From an uncultured Actinomycetota bacterium (lineage in GTDB: Bacteria > Actinomycetota > Humimicrobiia > Humimicrobiales > Humimicrobiaceae), in the NCBI GenBank assembly GCA_964610385.1, contig CAZSXW010000001.1, forward strand, positions 84,261 through 148,260: a stretch of 64,000 nucleotides of DNA, written 5' to 3'. Positions 19,675 to 29,174 of this stretch are shown here, in pieces. The notes beneath the pieces were generated by a model, which saw only the letters and a list, made by a program, of their open reading frames with translations, was not told the DNA's origin and made no database searches. The first letter of the stretch is position 1, and each line of letters starts with the position of its first letter. The position numbers and the translations under genes are program-made.

Positions 19675-21192
19675 TCAATTTCCTCTATAATAAGAATCAT
19701 ACTGCCTTGCCCATGCAAGTGTCTTGAAATGCAGAAGCCCTAGGGGCAAACCAAATGCATAGGGCAGGAGACCAGGTCTTTTAAACAAACTCCACAAAAT
19801 CAAATTCCAGTAGTACCATCTTCCATCTTCTCTAATACCAAGAAACCACAATGAGGAAAACAAACCCCTGATATAATAAAAACTTACTTTTGTACGTCTT
19901 AATCTTTTAGGTTTATACTCTCTTAAAAATGTTCTTATTCTTTCAAAATAACATCTTGGTGAATAAATAGTTTTAAGCACTTTGCCATAACCCTCTAAAA
20001 GTGTACTTGCTTTCATTTTTGGGATAAAGTTCAATTTAAACAACTCTGAAGTATTATTATCACTACTATTTGTATTATCTATCAACCTATTGGCCTTTTT
20101 TAATCTCTTATACAGTCTGCTTTTAGGAGAAACATTAAGAATCCCTACCATTGCTGCAACAATTCCGCTTTTCTGAATAAAATCAATTTGATTCTGAAAC
20201 ACAGTATCTTTATCACTGTCAAAACCTAGTATGAACCCCGCATTGACTTCAAAACCCATGTTTTGAATTCTTTTAACGGACTCAAGCAGGTTCCTATTTT
20301 TATTGTGGTATTTGCCGCATTCCTGAAGCCCGTCAGGATCAGGGGTCTCTATACCGATAAAGACAGTGGCAAAACCAGCCTTTATCATCAACTCCATTAA
20401 CTCATTATCATCCGACATATTGACTGATATCTGAGTACTTAAGGCAAATGGATATTTTCTTTCTTTTTGCCATTCCACTATTGCCGGCAGGACTTCCTTT
20501 TTTATAATGGCCTTATTGCCTAAAAAGTTATCATCAACAAAGAATACACCGGCTCTCCAGCCACGTTTATAAATCGAATCAAGTTCAGCGATAATCTTAT
20601 CCCTACTTTTTATACGGGGTATTCTCCCATTGAGCTGAACCACATCGCAAAATTCACAATTATAGGGGCAACCCCTTGAAATCTGTATGCATACTGAATT
20701 ATAGTAAGATAAGTTTACAAGATCCCATGCCGGCACAGGAGTTTTCTGTATAGCGGGAAAATCCTTCATAGAATACATCTTTTTAAGATTATTATTTTCC
20801 ATATCTTTTATAAGAAAAGAAATTATTTCTTCTGATTCCCCCAGTACAATAGTATCTATATTGGAAAATTCTTTCCAATCCGTTGTAAAAAGAGAACCCC
20901 CTGCGATAACAGTCTTGCCGATTTTCTGTACCTTATCTACTACTTCCTTTGTGGAACGCTTCTGACCTATTATCGAACTTATCAATACATAATCTGCCCA
21001 CTTTATATGCTTTTCCTTTAAAGTTTCACAATTCATATCAATTAATTTTTTCTCCCAGTGGGAAGGGAGCATTGCCGCAACAGTTAAAAGTCCAAGCGGT
21101 GGATAGCCTGCTTTCTTACCCAAAACCCTTAGGACTTTTTTTACATTCCAGAATGTATTTTCATATTCTGGATGAATAAGTAAAATTTTCAT
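19675..21192 (-). CDS. B12-binding radical SAM protein (DUF4070/HpnP-like architecture)
   Basis: N-terminal YPPLGLLTVAAML B12-binding domain, CPYNCEFC radical-SAM motif, VDDNF, FIGIETP, GFILGFD. Confidence 0.88.
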   Translation of the reverse strand: MKILLIHPEYENTFWNVKKVLRVLGKKAGYPPLGLLTVAAMLPSHWEKKLIDMNCETLKEKHIKWADYVLISSIIGQKRSTKEVVDKVQKIGKTVIAGGSLFTTDWKEFSNIDTIVLGESEEIISFLIKDMENNNLKKMYSMKDFPAIQKTPVPAWDLVNLSYYNSVCIQISRGCPYNCEFCDVVQLNGRIPRIKSRDKIIAELDSIYKRGWRAGVFFVDDNFLGNKAIIKKEVLPAIVEWQKERKYPFALSTQISVNMSDDNELMELMIKAGFATVFIGIETPDPDGLQECGKYHNKNRNLLESVKRIQNMGFEVNAGFILGFDSDKDTVFQNQIDFIQKSGIVAAMVGILNVSPKSRLYKRLKKANRLIDNTNSSDNNTSELFKLNFIPKMKASTLLEGYGKVLKTIYSPRCYFERIRTFLREYKPKRLRRTKVSFYYIRGLFSSLWFLGIREDGRWYYWNLILWSLFKRPGLLPYAFGLPLGLLHFKTLAWARQYDSYYRGN

Positions 21193-21220
21193 AAGACCTT
21201 CTTTTTATTTTTTTAAAGAA

Positions 21221-21258
21221 TGATTCTCTGTTTATAAATTAATCTAAACAGAGAATCA
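21221..21258 (-). terminator. Intrinsic terminator-like hairpin between the RRM gene and the radical-SAM gene
   Basis: 13-bp perfect stem TGATTCTCTGTTT/AAACAGAGAATCA with a 12-nt loop, followed on the minus strand by TTCTTT. Confidence 0.6.
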
Positions 21259-21323
21259 CTGGCGTGATAAATCAAGCTTGTATATAGCTTTTTAAAAACC
21301 TTACGCATGCTTGATTATTTGTT

Positions 21324-21587
21324 TTATCTTCTGAAGTTTCTGTCAGGTCTGCTTCTCTGTGGACGAGCTTCATCAACTCTTAAAGTTCTTCCTTCAAATT
21401 CTGAACCATTCAGAGCTTCCTTTGCTTTTTCAGCTTCTTCTGCACTTGACATCTCAACAAATCCAAAACCTTTGTCCCCGATAATATTGACGCTTTTAAC
21501 CTGGCCAAATGGGGAAAATAGTTTTTCCAATTGTGAGTCAACAGTGGAGTAGCCGAAATTGCCAACATATAGTTTACTACCTTGCAT
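21324..21587 (-). CDS. Single-RRM RNA-binding protein
   Basis: KLYVGNF, KGFGFVEM, LRVDEARP; RBS aaggaggt. Confidence 0.92.
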   Translation of the reverse strand: MQGSKLYVGNFGYSTVDSQLEKLFSPFGQVKSVNIIGDKGFGFVEMSSAEEAEKAKEALNGSEFEGRTLRVDEARPQRSRPDRNFRR

Positions 21588-22022
21588 ACTTACCTCCTTA
21601 AATAATATTATTTCTCTGAAAGCTTGATAATATTTCTTTTGGAGAGGCAGTATAGAGTAATAAACCCGCTCTTAATTAAAATATCATTAAACAAAAGAGA
21701 AACCCAAGTATATTCTTAACTAACTAGAATGTCAAATTACATATTTAAAATGTCCTCTGCTATAGAAAAGATTTTATCTGAAATAAAATATATATTCCTA
21801 TTAAACCACTAGTAGAACTTAATATTGACATATTTCCTTTTTCCTCTATGATTACAAATATTATAAATATTCATTTCACCGCAATTTATTCCAATCACCA
21901 TCCAATTTAAATACATTCCAACTGCTATCTCCAAGCAAATATCACTTATACACTTTTTATAAGTTTTACGAAATCCATTGTTTCATAAAATAATCAATAA
22001 CCCTATCTCGAAAGAAGGAGAC

Positions 22023-23033
22023 ATGAAAACTAGAAATTCAAAAACATCAAACCAACTCATGAAATTTATTATGGAGAAATGGATAAGCAAGCCAATCTAT
22101 GCAGTATCTAAACTGGGTATTGCGGATATTTTAAAAAATGGTCCAAAAACTATTGAGGATATAGCCAGTATGAGCAATACCCACTGTCCTACCTTATACA
22201 GGATAATGAGGGCACTGGCCAGTGTTGGAATCTTTACTGAAGTTGAATATAAAAAATTTGCCCTTGCTCCAATGGCTGAAATGTTACAAACAGGAAAGTC
22301 TGGTTCTGTATATTCTCTGATGTTTCATTCTGATTGGAATGATAAAGCCTGGACGAAACTCATAGAGTGTATTAGAACTGGAAAAACTGCTTTTGATATA
22401 GCTCAAGGTATGCCTCTATTTAAATGGCTCGAAAAAAAACCGAAGGCAGCAGAACTTCTTCATGAAGCCAACAATATTAAAACCCGAAACTCGCATGCAA
22501 TAATAAATGATTTCTACAATTTCTCCAGTGTGGAAAAAATTATAGACATAGGTGGAGGAAAAGGATCTTTACTGCTGGAAATTCTTAAGAAAAACCCTCA
22601 TATTAACGGAATTATCGCTGAGCTTCCTTCAGTAATACCAGAAACGGATAAAGAAATTAAAAGAAACGGCCTTCAAAATAGATGTAGGACAAAGAGCTGT
22701 GATTTTTTTAAAAATATCCCTTCCGGCGGTGATGTATACATACTGTCAAATATTCTGCATGACTGGCCTAATAAAAAATGTCAAATAATTTTAAAGAAAT
22801 ACTATGAAGCAATGACAGATGATTCCAAATTACTAATTATCGAAATGATAGTTCCCGAAGGGAATAAGCCTTCTATTTCAAAATTGCTTGACCTTGAAAT
22901 GCTTGTAATCACTGGAGGGGCTGAGCGAACCAAAAAAGAATTTATTCAGCTATTTGATCTATCAGGCTTTAAAATCTCAAGGATGATTCCAATGAAAGGA
23001 GAAGTTTCTATTATCGAGTTGACTAAACTTTAA
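22023..23033 (+). CDS. SAM-dependent O-methyltransferase (dimerisation domain + methyltransf_2); start refined
   Basis: LYRIMRALASVGIF, IDIGGGKG, DFF, LSNILHDW, DLEML...GGAERT; RBS gaaggag before ATG 22023. Confidence 0.88.
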   Translation: MKTRNSKTSNQLMKFIMEKWISKPIYAVSKLGIADILKNGPKTIEDIASMSNTHCPTLYRIMRALASVGIFTEVEYKKFALAPMAEMLQTGKSGSVYSLMFHSDWNDKAWTKLIECIRTGKTAFDIAQGMPLFKWLEKKPKAAELLHEANNIKTRNSHAIINDFYNFSSVEKIIDIGGGKGSLLLEILKKNPHINGIIAELPSVIPETDKEIKRNGLQNRCRTKSCDFFKNIPSGGDVYILSNILHDWPNKKCQIILKKYYEAMTDDSKLLIIEMIVPEGNKPSISKLLDLEMLVITGGAERTKKEFIQLFDLSGFKISRMIPMKGEVSIIELTKL

Positions 23034-23093
23034 ATTCCCTAAAACCTTAAACTCTTACAGTGTTGTAATCTTTGCTTTTTTACGAAGTCAATT

Positions 23094-24068
23094 CTATAAA
23101 TTCAGGGCCTCTATTGTATTATTGACTTTTTCTATATCGCTCTTCTCTATTAAACAATCCCCTGCTTTTGCATTCTCTTCTGCCTGTCTTTCATTTCTTG
23201 CACCACAGAGTGCTACTACACCATCCTGCGATACAAGGGCAGCAACAGATAATTGTGCTATGGATAGACCATACTTCTCTGCAATAGGTTTAAACTCATC
23301 TTCCAGAACGGAATTCACTTTCTTCCTGTTCTCTATGCTGAATCTGGTATCATCCTTTCTTAGATCATCGCCTCTAAACTCTCTATCAGGATCAATTTTT
23401 CCGGTAAGCAGTCCTTTAGCTAAAGAACTATATGCGAGCATGGTTACCCTGTTATCTCTACACCAGGGAAGAATTTCCTGCTCGACTTCATTATCAATAA
23501 GATTATACTTTTCCTGATCGACATCCAGCTGCCCTGCATGGTTATACTGCTTTAGTTGGCCAAGAGTGGCATTGCTGGCTCCTATGGATCTTATCTTTCC
23601 TTCCTTTTTTAAATCCATTAAAGTTTCCATTGTGTCTTCAATAGGTGTAGTCTTATCCTGCCAGTGTGTCTGATAAAGATCTACATAATCAATCCCAAGC
23701 CTGGAAAGACTCTGCTCAATTTCATATCTTATCGATTTCGGTCCCAGGAATCTATATACCTTCTCTCCCGATTCGTAAATAAAAAATAATTCACCCTTAT
23801 CAAACTTCCATACCAGGCCACACTTAGTGGCAATAATAACCTTATCCCTTTTACCTTTGATGGCTTTGCCGACGATTTTTTCTGAAAGTCCCTTTCCGTA
23901 AGCTGGTGCGGTGTCAATAAGGCTTATTCCCATATCTATTGCAGTATTGATGGCTCTGATTGATTCAGATTCATTGGTACCTCCCCACATCCATCCGCCT
24001 ATAGCCCATGTCCCAAGGCCAACAACTGAAACCTTTATATCTGTTTTTCCAAGCTTCACATAACGCAT
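23094..24068 (-). CDS. Aldo/keto reductase
   Basis: GLGTWAIGG, DTAPAYG, ATKCG, DLYQTHW, IGASN, YSSLAKGLLTGK. Confidence 0.92.
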   Translation of the reverse strand: MRYVKLGKTDIKVSVVGLGTWAIGGWMWGGTNESESIRAINTAIDMGISLIDTAPAYGKGLSEKIVGKAIKGKRDKVIIATKCGLVWKFDKGELFFIYESGEKVYRFLGPKSIRYEIEQSLSRLGIDYVDLYQTHWQDKTTPIEDTMETLMDLKKEGKIRSIGASNATLGQLKQYNHAGQLDVDQEKYNLIDNEVEQEILPWCRDNRVTMLAYSSLAKGLLTGKIDPDREFRGDDLRKDDTRFSIENRKKVNSVLEDEFKPIAEKYGLSIAQLSVAALVSQDGVVALCGARNERQAEENAKAGDCLIEKSDIEKVNNTIEALNL

Positions 24069-24177
24069 TTTTTATTTCCCATCTTTTTCCGTTTTTTTTA
24101 ACTTATATCCATTTTATAATGAATATTAAGATTCTTCTAACACCAATCTAAAAATATGGAAAGAAAAGCCAATACCT

Positions 24178-24336
24178 TCACTTACGCGATTTAATTTTTC
24201 TTTTCTCTTCACACATATCGGAATAAGGGCAAAAATCACATGCGTTTTTTGCTTTAAACTGCTTTACAATAAACCATATAGTTACCGCAAGTGCAGCAAT
24301 TCCTATCAAGACAATTAATATTATTTCTAACAACAT
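24178..24336 (-). CDS. FeoB-associated Cys-rich small membrane protein (52 aa, below the ORF-track cutoff)
   Basis: Translated by hand: MLLEIILIVLIGIAALAVTIWFIVKQFKAKNACDFCPYSDMCEEKRKIKSRK*; RBS gaggtg; one TM helix plus CxxC...C; directly downstream of feoB. Confidence 0.85.
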   Translation of the reverse strand: MLLEIILIVLIGIAALAVTIWFIVKQFKAKNACDFCPYSDMCEEKRKIKSRK

Positions 24337-24389
24337 ACAATCACCTCATAAAAATCAACGTACAGTCTGACATATCCGCTTTTCAGCAA

Positions 24390-26531
24390 TTAAATAAATA
24401 ATTTTCCTATCTGATATACCAGAAGTGATATCACCCAGGCCAGCAGCAGTGTGTACCCTGCCTGAAAAAGCATCTCTTTCGTACCGGCTTCTTTCCTGAA
24501 AATCACCATGGCAGTAAGGCAGGGGAAATAAAGCAGGGTAAAAAGCATAAAATTATACCCGACCAGAGGATGATAGTTCTTACTGAGCGCCGTTTTTAAG
24601 GTATCAGACTGTCCCTCTCCTTCCTCGATGCTGTAAAGAGTACCCATCGTGGATATTATTACTTCTTTTGCCGCAATTCCAGAGATAGTGGCAACCGTCA
24701 TCTTCCAATCAAAACCAAGCAGCCTGAATACCGGTTCCAGAAAATTTCCTATCCTCCCCGCTGCCGAATAGCCAAGCCGCTCACCTGCCATTTTGCCTTC
24801 TATCTCCGTAACCTTTTCGTCCATTTCCTCCTGGCTTACCACGCCGGACTGATAGGACTGCTCGATTTCGCTGATTTGAGCTTCGTAATCCGTAGAGTAG
24901 TTATTTCCTATAAGAGGAAATGTAAATAATATCCACATCAGTATTGATATGGCAAGTATGACTGTACCTGCCTTCTTTAAATATATCCAGGTCCTTTCCC
25001 AGGTATGGATCAATATTCCTTTAAGGGTGGGAACACGGTAAGGAGGAAGTTCCATTACGAAAGGATCTGACATACCCTTGAATCTTGTAGCCCTAAGCAC
25101 CCTTGCCATTATGATAGCCATCAACACTCCTATTATGTAAATCGAAAATATGACGTTTCCAGCTATTTGGGGAAAAAATGCCCCGGCAAAAAGTATATAG
25201 ACCGGAAGACGCGCTCCGCAGCTCATAAAGGTATTTATATGCATGGTCACCAGACGGTCCCTTTTATTCTCGAGTATTCTTGAACCCATATAAGCCGGTA
25301 CGGTACATCCGAATCCAATAATAAGCGGGATGAAAGATTTTCCATGAAGACCGATCTTATGCATTATCCTGTCCATTACAAAAGCAGCTCTAGCCATGTA
25401 TCCTGAATCCTCAAGGATGGCTATTGAAAAAAACAAAAGCATTATATTAGGTGTAAATATGATTACCCCGCCTACTCCACCTATTATTCCGTCGACCAAA
25501 AGAGAGGTTATAAGCCCCTCCGGCATAATACTGGTTATCAGAGCTCCTAATTTTTCAAAACCCAGTTCTATCCAGCTCATAGGGTACTTGCCAAGCGTGA
25601 ATACAAACTGGAACATGAGCCACATTATCAGAGCAAATATTGGCAACCCAAGTATTCTATTGGTAAATATTCTGTCAACCTTTCCGCTCACATCCATTCT
25701 TACCTTATTGACTTCCCTATAAGATTCAAGCAATGCGCCGCTTATGAATCCGTATCGTGCCTCTGCGATTATGACCTCTGGAGTATTCCTAAGTATGCTG
25801 GTTATGTGTTTTATCGAATTTGCTATTTCTTCTTCAAGCTTGGAGTACTTTGGGCCTGCTGCCTTTTTTACAGTATCAATAACCTCATTATCCTGTTCCA
25901 GAAGTTTCACTATAGCCCACCTGTTATCAAACTTGAATTCAGGGATTTTTTCTCTCTTCAGAACTGATTTTATTCTTACGATCTCATTTTCAATTTCTTC
26001 TCCATAACTTATCTCAATTCTTTTTCTCTTCTTTCTGTTCAATACATCTATTACTGCTTCAAGTACTTCTTTATTACCCATTCCGCTTCTGCCCACAGTC
26101 TCTACAATAGGTGCACCAAAAAGTTCGGATAGTAATTCTATATCTATTTTTCTTCCACTTTTTCTGGCAATATCAGCCATGTTAAAAACAAGGACCAGGG
26201 GCGCTTTGAGTTCAATAAGCTGGACTGCAAGATAAAGATTTCGCTCTAAATTGGAGGAATCTATAATATCGACTACCACATCGGGCTTTTGATCAATAAC
26301 GAAATTTCTTGCGATAATCTGTTCTGTTGAATATGCCGTAAGGCTGTAAGTTCCTGGGAGATCGACGACATTTATCTTGTATTCTTTATAGTTGATGATC
26401 CCGCTCTTTTTTTCAACAGTGACTCCGGGATAATTACCAACATGTTGTCTTAAGCCGGTTAGATTATTAAAGATGGTGGTTTTGCCTGAATTTGGATTTC
26501 CTGAGAGAGCTATGGATATTTCTTTTCTCAT
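24390..26531 (-). CDS. feoB: Ferrous iron transporter B
   Basis: GNPNSGKTT, GNYPGVTVE, DLPGTYSL, NLERNL, FVMELPPY, YFPC gate motifs. Confidence 0.96.
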   Translation of the reverse strand: MRKEISIALSGNPNSGKTTIFNNLTGLRQHVGNYPGVTVEKKSGIINYKEYKINVVDLPGTYSLTAYSTEQIIARNFVIDQKPDVVVDIIDSSNLERNLYLAVQLIELKAPLVLVFNMADIARKSGRKIDIELLSELFGAPIVETVGRSGMGNKEVLEAVIDVLNRKKRKRIEISYGEEIENEIVRIKSVLKREKIPEFKFDNRWAIVKLLEQDNEVIDTVKKAAGPKYSKLEEEIANSIKHITSILRNTPEVIIAEARYGFISGALLESYREVNKVRMDVSGKVDRIFTNRILGLPIFALIMWLMFQFVFTLGKYPMSWIELGFEKLGALITSIMPEGLITSLLVDGIIGGVGGVIIFTPNIMLLFFSIAILEDSGYMARAAFVMDRIMHKIGLHGKSFIPLIIGFGCTVPAYMGSRILENKRDRLVTMHINTFMSCGARLPVYILFAGAFFPQIAGNVIFSIYIIGVLMAIIMARVLRATRFKGMSDPFVMELPPYRVPTLKGILIHTWERTWIYLKKAGTVILAISILMWILFTFPLIGNNYSTDYEAQISEIEQSYQSGVVSQEEMDEKVTEIEGKMAGERLGYSAAGRIGNFLEPVFRLLGFDWKMTVATISGIAAKEVIISTMGTLYSIEEGEGQSDTLKTALSKNYHPLVGYNFMLFTLLYFPCLTAMVIFRKEAGTKEMLFQAGYTLLLAWVISLLVYQIGKLFI

Positions 26532-26824
26532 CCTTTGATTTCCCTTATAAGAATTTTCTCGGCCATTCCTCTTCCAATTGCAAATTTAGTTCCTTTGACC
26601 ACTACGCACAAAGACCCGCCTCTTGATACGTCAGAGACAGTAAAAACTTCATAAGGTATAAATCCCATAGCACAAAGATGTGAGTTTAACCTGCAGCCTC
26701 CATTTATTCTTACTATCATGTATTTTTTTCCGGGAACAGCATCATTAAGTGATAAAATCCCATCACCAGACTGCGGTGCCTGCCAGTAATTTTTTCTTCT
26801 ATGTCTAAAACCCCATCTTCTCAT
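26528..26824 (-). CDS. feoA: Ferrous iron transport protein A
   Basis: L.AMGF...G....V.VKGTKFAIGRGMAEKI; 4-nt overlap with feoB. Confidence 0.88.
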   Translation of the reverse strand: MRRWGFRHRRKNYWQAPQSGDGILSLNDAVPGKKYMIVRINGGCRLNSHLCAMGFIPYEVFTVSDVSRGGSLCVVVKGTKFAIGRGMAEKILIREIKG

Positions 26825-26848
26825 TTTATAAGCTCTCTTTATAAAATA

Positions 26849-26890
26849 TTAGGCATGTCTAACTTTAATAGATTTATTTACTATTGTCAA
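26849..26890 (-). promoter_or_regulatory. feoA promoter with overlapping DtxR-type operator
   Basis: TTGACA (26885-26890), N17, TAAAGT (26862-26867); palindrome TTAGGCATGTCTAA at 26849-26862. Confidence 0.75.
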
Positions 26891-26935
26891 GAACTTTTTA
26901 AAAAGGATAAAAAATAGAAAGAAAACCCAGATTAT

Positions 26936-27409
26936 TTATTCCCTGTCATCATCATTGACATAGCTTGCAGGATGTCTTCCGTATTTGGCAAAATAGTTAT
27001 AGTTTTTTAACCATCTGGGATAACCTTCGGGGCAAGTATCTATAAAATTTATAAATTTTATCATCCTGTCTAATGTTTCCTCGCTTATATAATGCTCAAT
27101 ATTACAGGCATCCAGCTTGGAAACTTCATCACTTACACCAAGAACGTCACTAAAAAATTTATAGATTTTATTGTGCTTCTCATAGACTTCTCTTGCCATC
27201 TGACAGCCCTTATCTGTAAGTTCCAGATATCCATATTTTTCATGTTCTACAAGACCTCTGGCAATCAATTTCCTAACGGCATCAACTACAGAGGGCGTTT
27301 TTACATTTAAATATTCTGCAATTTCCTTTACTCTGATTACTTTATTAGTAAGATTGATCACATACATTGCTTCAATGTAATCTTCCATACTATGTGATAA
27401 CTTCTTCAT
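26936..27409 (-). CDS. DtxR/MntR/IdeR family metal-dependent repressor
   Basis: SMEDYIEAMY, RVKEIA...VKTPSV, DACNIEH metal site. Confidence 0.92.
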   Translation of the reverse strand: MKKLSHSMEDYIEAMYVINLTNKVIRVKEIAEYLNVKTPSVVDAVRKLIARGLVEHEKYGYLELTDKGCQMAREVYEKHNKIYKFFSDVLGVSDEVSKLDACNIEHYISEETLDRMIKFINFIDTCPEGYPRWLKNYNYFAKYGRHPASYVNDDDRE

Positions 27410-27440
27410 AACATTTCTACTTTATATTTAACCTAAAAAT

Positions 27441-27483
27441 GTTAGATTAATCTAACTATAGACCCAAACATGACCTTTGTCAA
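27441..27483 (-). promoter_or_regulatory. Repressor-gene promoter with overlapping DtxR-type operator
   Basis: TTGACA (27478-27483), N17, TATAGT (27455-27460); perfect 16-bp palindrome GTTAGATTAATCTAAC at 27441-27456. Confidence 0.78.
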
Positions 27484-27518
27484 ATTTATAAAAGCAAGCC
27501 GGTTTATTTATATATTAA

Positions 27519-28535
27519 CTATACAACTACTTTGTTTCTACCTCCTGCTTTTGCTCTATATAATGCATCATCGGCATATTTTATTAAATTATTGATTTTT
27601 GTAGCATCAAAAGGAAAATTTGCGACCCCTATGCTTATGGTGAGATTACTATTCGGTTTGATCTTTTCCTCCCCTTCAAATTTTCCATTACTTACCACTT
27701 CCCGCAGTCTCTCGGCAAAGACTCTGGCATTTTCCTTATTGGTCTCACGGCATATCACAGAAAATTCTTCCCCTCCATAACGGTATATCCTATCAGTCGT
27801 TCTCTTATTCTCAATAAATACTTTACCTATTTTTCTTAAGATCATATCCCCCATCTGATGACCGTGAAAATCATTATATTTTTTAAAATAGTCTATATCT
27901 ATCATAAGAAGCGACAGACTCTTTACATATCTTATAGCTTCATTTACTGTATCCCTTAAATCTATATCGAACTTTCTCCTGTTAAAGACACCGGTAAGTT
28001 CGTCTACTACAGTCAATCTTTTTATCTCTTCATAGTTTAATGCTCTCTCTATGGCAATTGATATTTCATGAGCAAGTATGTTTAAGAAGTATTCATGCTT
28101 GCTCGAAAAAGCATTAGTCTTTCTGGAATCAATATAAATGATCCCCTTTACTTCATCTCTTACTATAATAGGGATGCATATCATTGAAGTAGTCTGTTCT
28201 CCCTTGGGGATGCTGTATTTAAAATATGAATTTTCAATGTTACCGATAAAAAGTTTATTTTTTGTGGATAGGATATATTTTATCAGAGGCATTTCCTTGG
28301 TGAATTCTACCTCTTTGATACTTTTACCAAAACCTATTTCGCTCTGGAGTTTTACTCCTTTTTCATCTATTAAAATTATGGCACAGCCGTTGCAGTTTAT
28401 TACCTTAAAAACCTTTTCAACAATCAGGTCACAGACTTTTTCGAGTTCAAGTTCGGATCCTATGGAACTTGCTATGCCGAAGATTGCTTTTAGTATCTTT
28501 AAATCGATGCTTTCTTTATCGCTCATTACTGTCAT
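27519..28535 (-). CDS. GAF-GGDEF diguanylate cyclase
   Basis: DELTGVFNRR, DIDYFKKYND, RxxD I-site (RTTD), RYGGEEF, ADDALYRAK; GAF domain N-terminal. Confidence 0.92.
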   Translation of the reverse strand: MTVMSDKESIDLKILKAIFGIASSIGSELELEKVCDLIVEKVFKVINCNGCAIILIDEKGVKLQSEIGFGKSIKEVEFTKEMPLIKYILSTKNKLFIGNIENSYFKYSIPKGEQTTSMICIPIIVRDEVKGIIYIDSRKTNAFSSKHEYFLNILAHEISIAIERALNYEEIKRLTVVDELTGVFNRRKFDIDLRDTVNEAIRYVKSLSLLMIDIDYFKKYNDFHGHQMGDMILRKIGKVFIENKRTTDRIYRYGGEEFSVICRETNKENARVFAERLREVVSNGKFEGEEKIKPNSNLTISIGVANFPFDATKINNLIKYADDALYRAKAGGRNKVVV

Positions 28536-28721
28536 AAATAGAAACTTCTTTATTAAATTTTTAATTGATTTTTACTCATTTAATAATATTATATACCAAA
28601 GGATACAAAACCGACACAGAGTATACAACGCGTAGAATATGCCGGTCAAGACAAAAAAATGCTTAAATTCTCTGTTTTCGGGTATAATTAAATATATAAA
28701 CAAAAAAATGATTAAATTATA

Positions 28722-29153
28722 ATGGACGTCTATCTTTTCAGAAGGTTCAAAAAAGAGAAGGGGTTTACTTTAGTTGAACTTCTTATAATCGTAATTGTTG
28801 TAGCAATCCTTATTGGTATCTCTGTCCAGAGTTTCATATTACTACAAAATAGAGCCAGGGAAACAACTACCGAAGTTGAAATGAGCAATATTACAAAAGC
28901 ACTCCAAATATACGTCACACTCTCAAGCAATTATCCTGAGGAAAGCGATTTTCCCGATGCACTGGAAGCCGCAGGGATTATGAAAAATGTACCCGAATTT
29001 GATATCTGGGAGAATCCCTATCATTATTCTTCTATTGCCGGTGTCACTTATACTCTAGAAAGCTACGGGATAAACCAGGTTGATGGTGGAGGAGACGATA
29101 TTGTATATATGAACGGAATACTGATAGAAGACGGAGCCTATCCCAATGACTAA
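28722..29153 (+). CDS. Prepilin-type (GspG-like) pseudopilin
   Basis: Class III signal KKEKG|FTLVE with hydrophobic helix; DIWENPYHY resembles the GspG DPWGNPY motif. Confidence 0.8.
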   Translation: MDVYLFRRFKKEKGFTLVELLIIVIVVAILIGISVQSFILLQNRARETTTEVEMSNITKALQIYVTLSSNYPEESDFPDALEAAGIMKNVPEFDIWENPYHYSSIAGVTYTLESYGINQVDGGGDDIVYMNGILIEDGAYPND

Positions 29154-29174
29154 GGTTCAATTTACTCCTGATTT

